Positions 63,231-64,000 of a DNA stretch of 64,000 nt are shown piece after piece. A model generated the notes under the pieces. That model searched no databases. It was not told the DNA's origin and worked only from the letters and a program-made list of their open reading frames with translations. Location: positions 1,922,001 to 1,986,000 of the forward strand of contig JAMWBK010000005.1 of NCBI GenBank assembly GCA_029953675.1, in the 5' to 3' direction. The position numbers and the translations under genes were made by a program. Source of the stretch: Rhodosorus marinus CCMP1338. Taxonomy: Eukaryota > Plantae > Rhodophyta. Each line of letters starts with the position of its first letter. Position 1 is the first letter of the stretch.

Positions 63231-64000
63231 GATGAACAACTTTTCAACTTCGTTTCTCACAAACAGCACATCCTCATAATCGAGGCCGTTGTCGTCTCGC
63301 CGTTCGCACTAATCAGGCTCATACCGTCCTGAAAATTACGAGCTCACGATTTGCACCCCTCCTCGCTCAGCACTTATTGTCGAGCAACGACCATCCGTCC
63401 AGATTCTAATACGAATCCCCCGGTCATCCGCATCAAGCTACGCACGAGGTGAGCCAGTAAAAAAGGCCGCCCCCCACGCATTCGTTCGTTCCCGTCGCTT
63501 TTACCAAGCAACCAGGACCCTCAAAATATCTGCACTTGCATGAAAAACTTTCCAGAGGCAGCTCAAAAGTCTTCCTTCAAAAAGTATCCTGACTTCCGCA
63601 ATCCTCAAGACCCATCCACACCTGCAGATTCCTGTACCACTGCTGAACTGCGTAAGCCCAGATCCAAATGAAGACAGATCTCTAGTAAATGTACTGACCA
63701 GGTTTCGTAATCCTCAGAGCTTCCAAAGCACAGAAAATGACCAAAATTCTCTTCCCCGGCTTCCAAGCAGAAACTCTCGAGTCTCCAGCCAACTATTACC
63801 ATCACTGTCTTCGTTCTCATGAGGAAGTTGTTTACACTCTCCAAATAGTCTGCTGAAGAAGACGGTCGAGCTGAGTTCAGAACCCGAAAACGAGTTCTTT
63901 CTTTCGGCTGTACTTAATTGAACACAAAGTAAATTAATTTAAAATTCTACGTTCATTCCAGATTGGACGTGTTTCTCTCTCAGCTGGCCTAGAAAGGCTC

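Noticed and set aside
1-64000. tRNA, rRNA, spliceosomal snRNA and transposase/RT genes
   Set aside because: No cloverleaf with a T-loop GTTCRA in context, no rRNA-like segments, and no DDE or RT motifs recognised by eye. A formal tRNAscan/Infernal/RepeatMasker run was not possible.

Overview
Gene-dense eukaryotic nuclear DNA with many short GT-AG introns (mostly about 50-120 nt). A unicellular red alga is inferred from a nuclear-encoded plastid sigma factor, MAFV/MGFV-type transit-peptide starts, a plant-type SAP30/AFR and a tandem Get3. Recognisable genes in order: CSN2, tyrosine aminotransferase, ClpS-like, LSM12, PRA1, membrane steroid-binding cytochrome b5 protein, SAP30/AFR, a large DUF2103 fusion, eIF2B-epsilon, histone H1, CNOT10, a PH-domain protein, a two-domain Get3/ArsA, PP4R3, a sigma factor and a KIX-domain protein. 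The standout is a minus-strand model (63230-58092) that I spliced by hand into 20 exons and about 1135 aa. It joins a permuted NlpC/P60 (YiiX-like) Cys-His amidase, two cyclic-nucleotide-binding domains, aralar/citrin-like EF-hands and a complete SLC25 adenine-nucleotide/CoA-type carrier in one frame. Gene 5' regions repeatedly show an AT-rich core flanked by strongly strand-skewed G/T-rich arms. I found no rRNA, tRNA, CRISPR array or recognisable transposon. All domain assignments come from motif recognition by eye; no database search was run.
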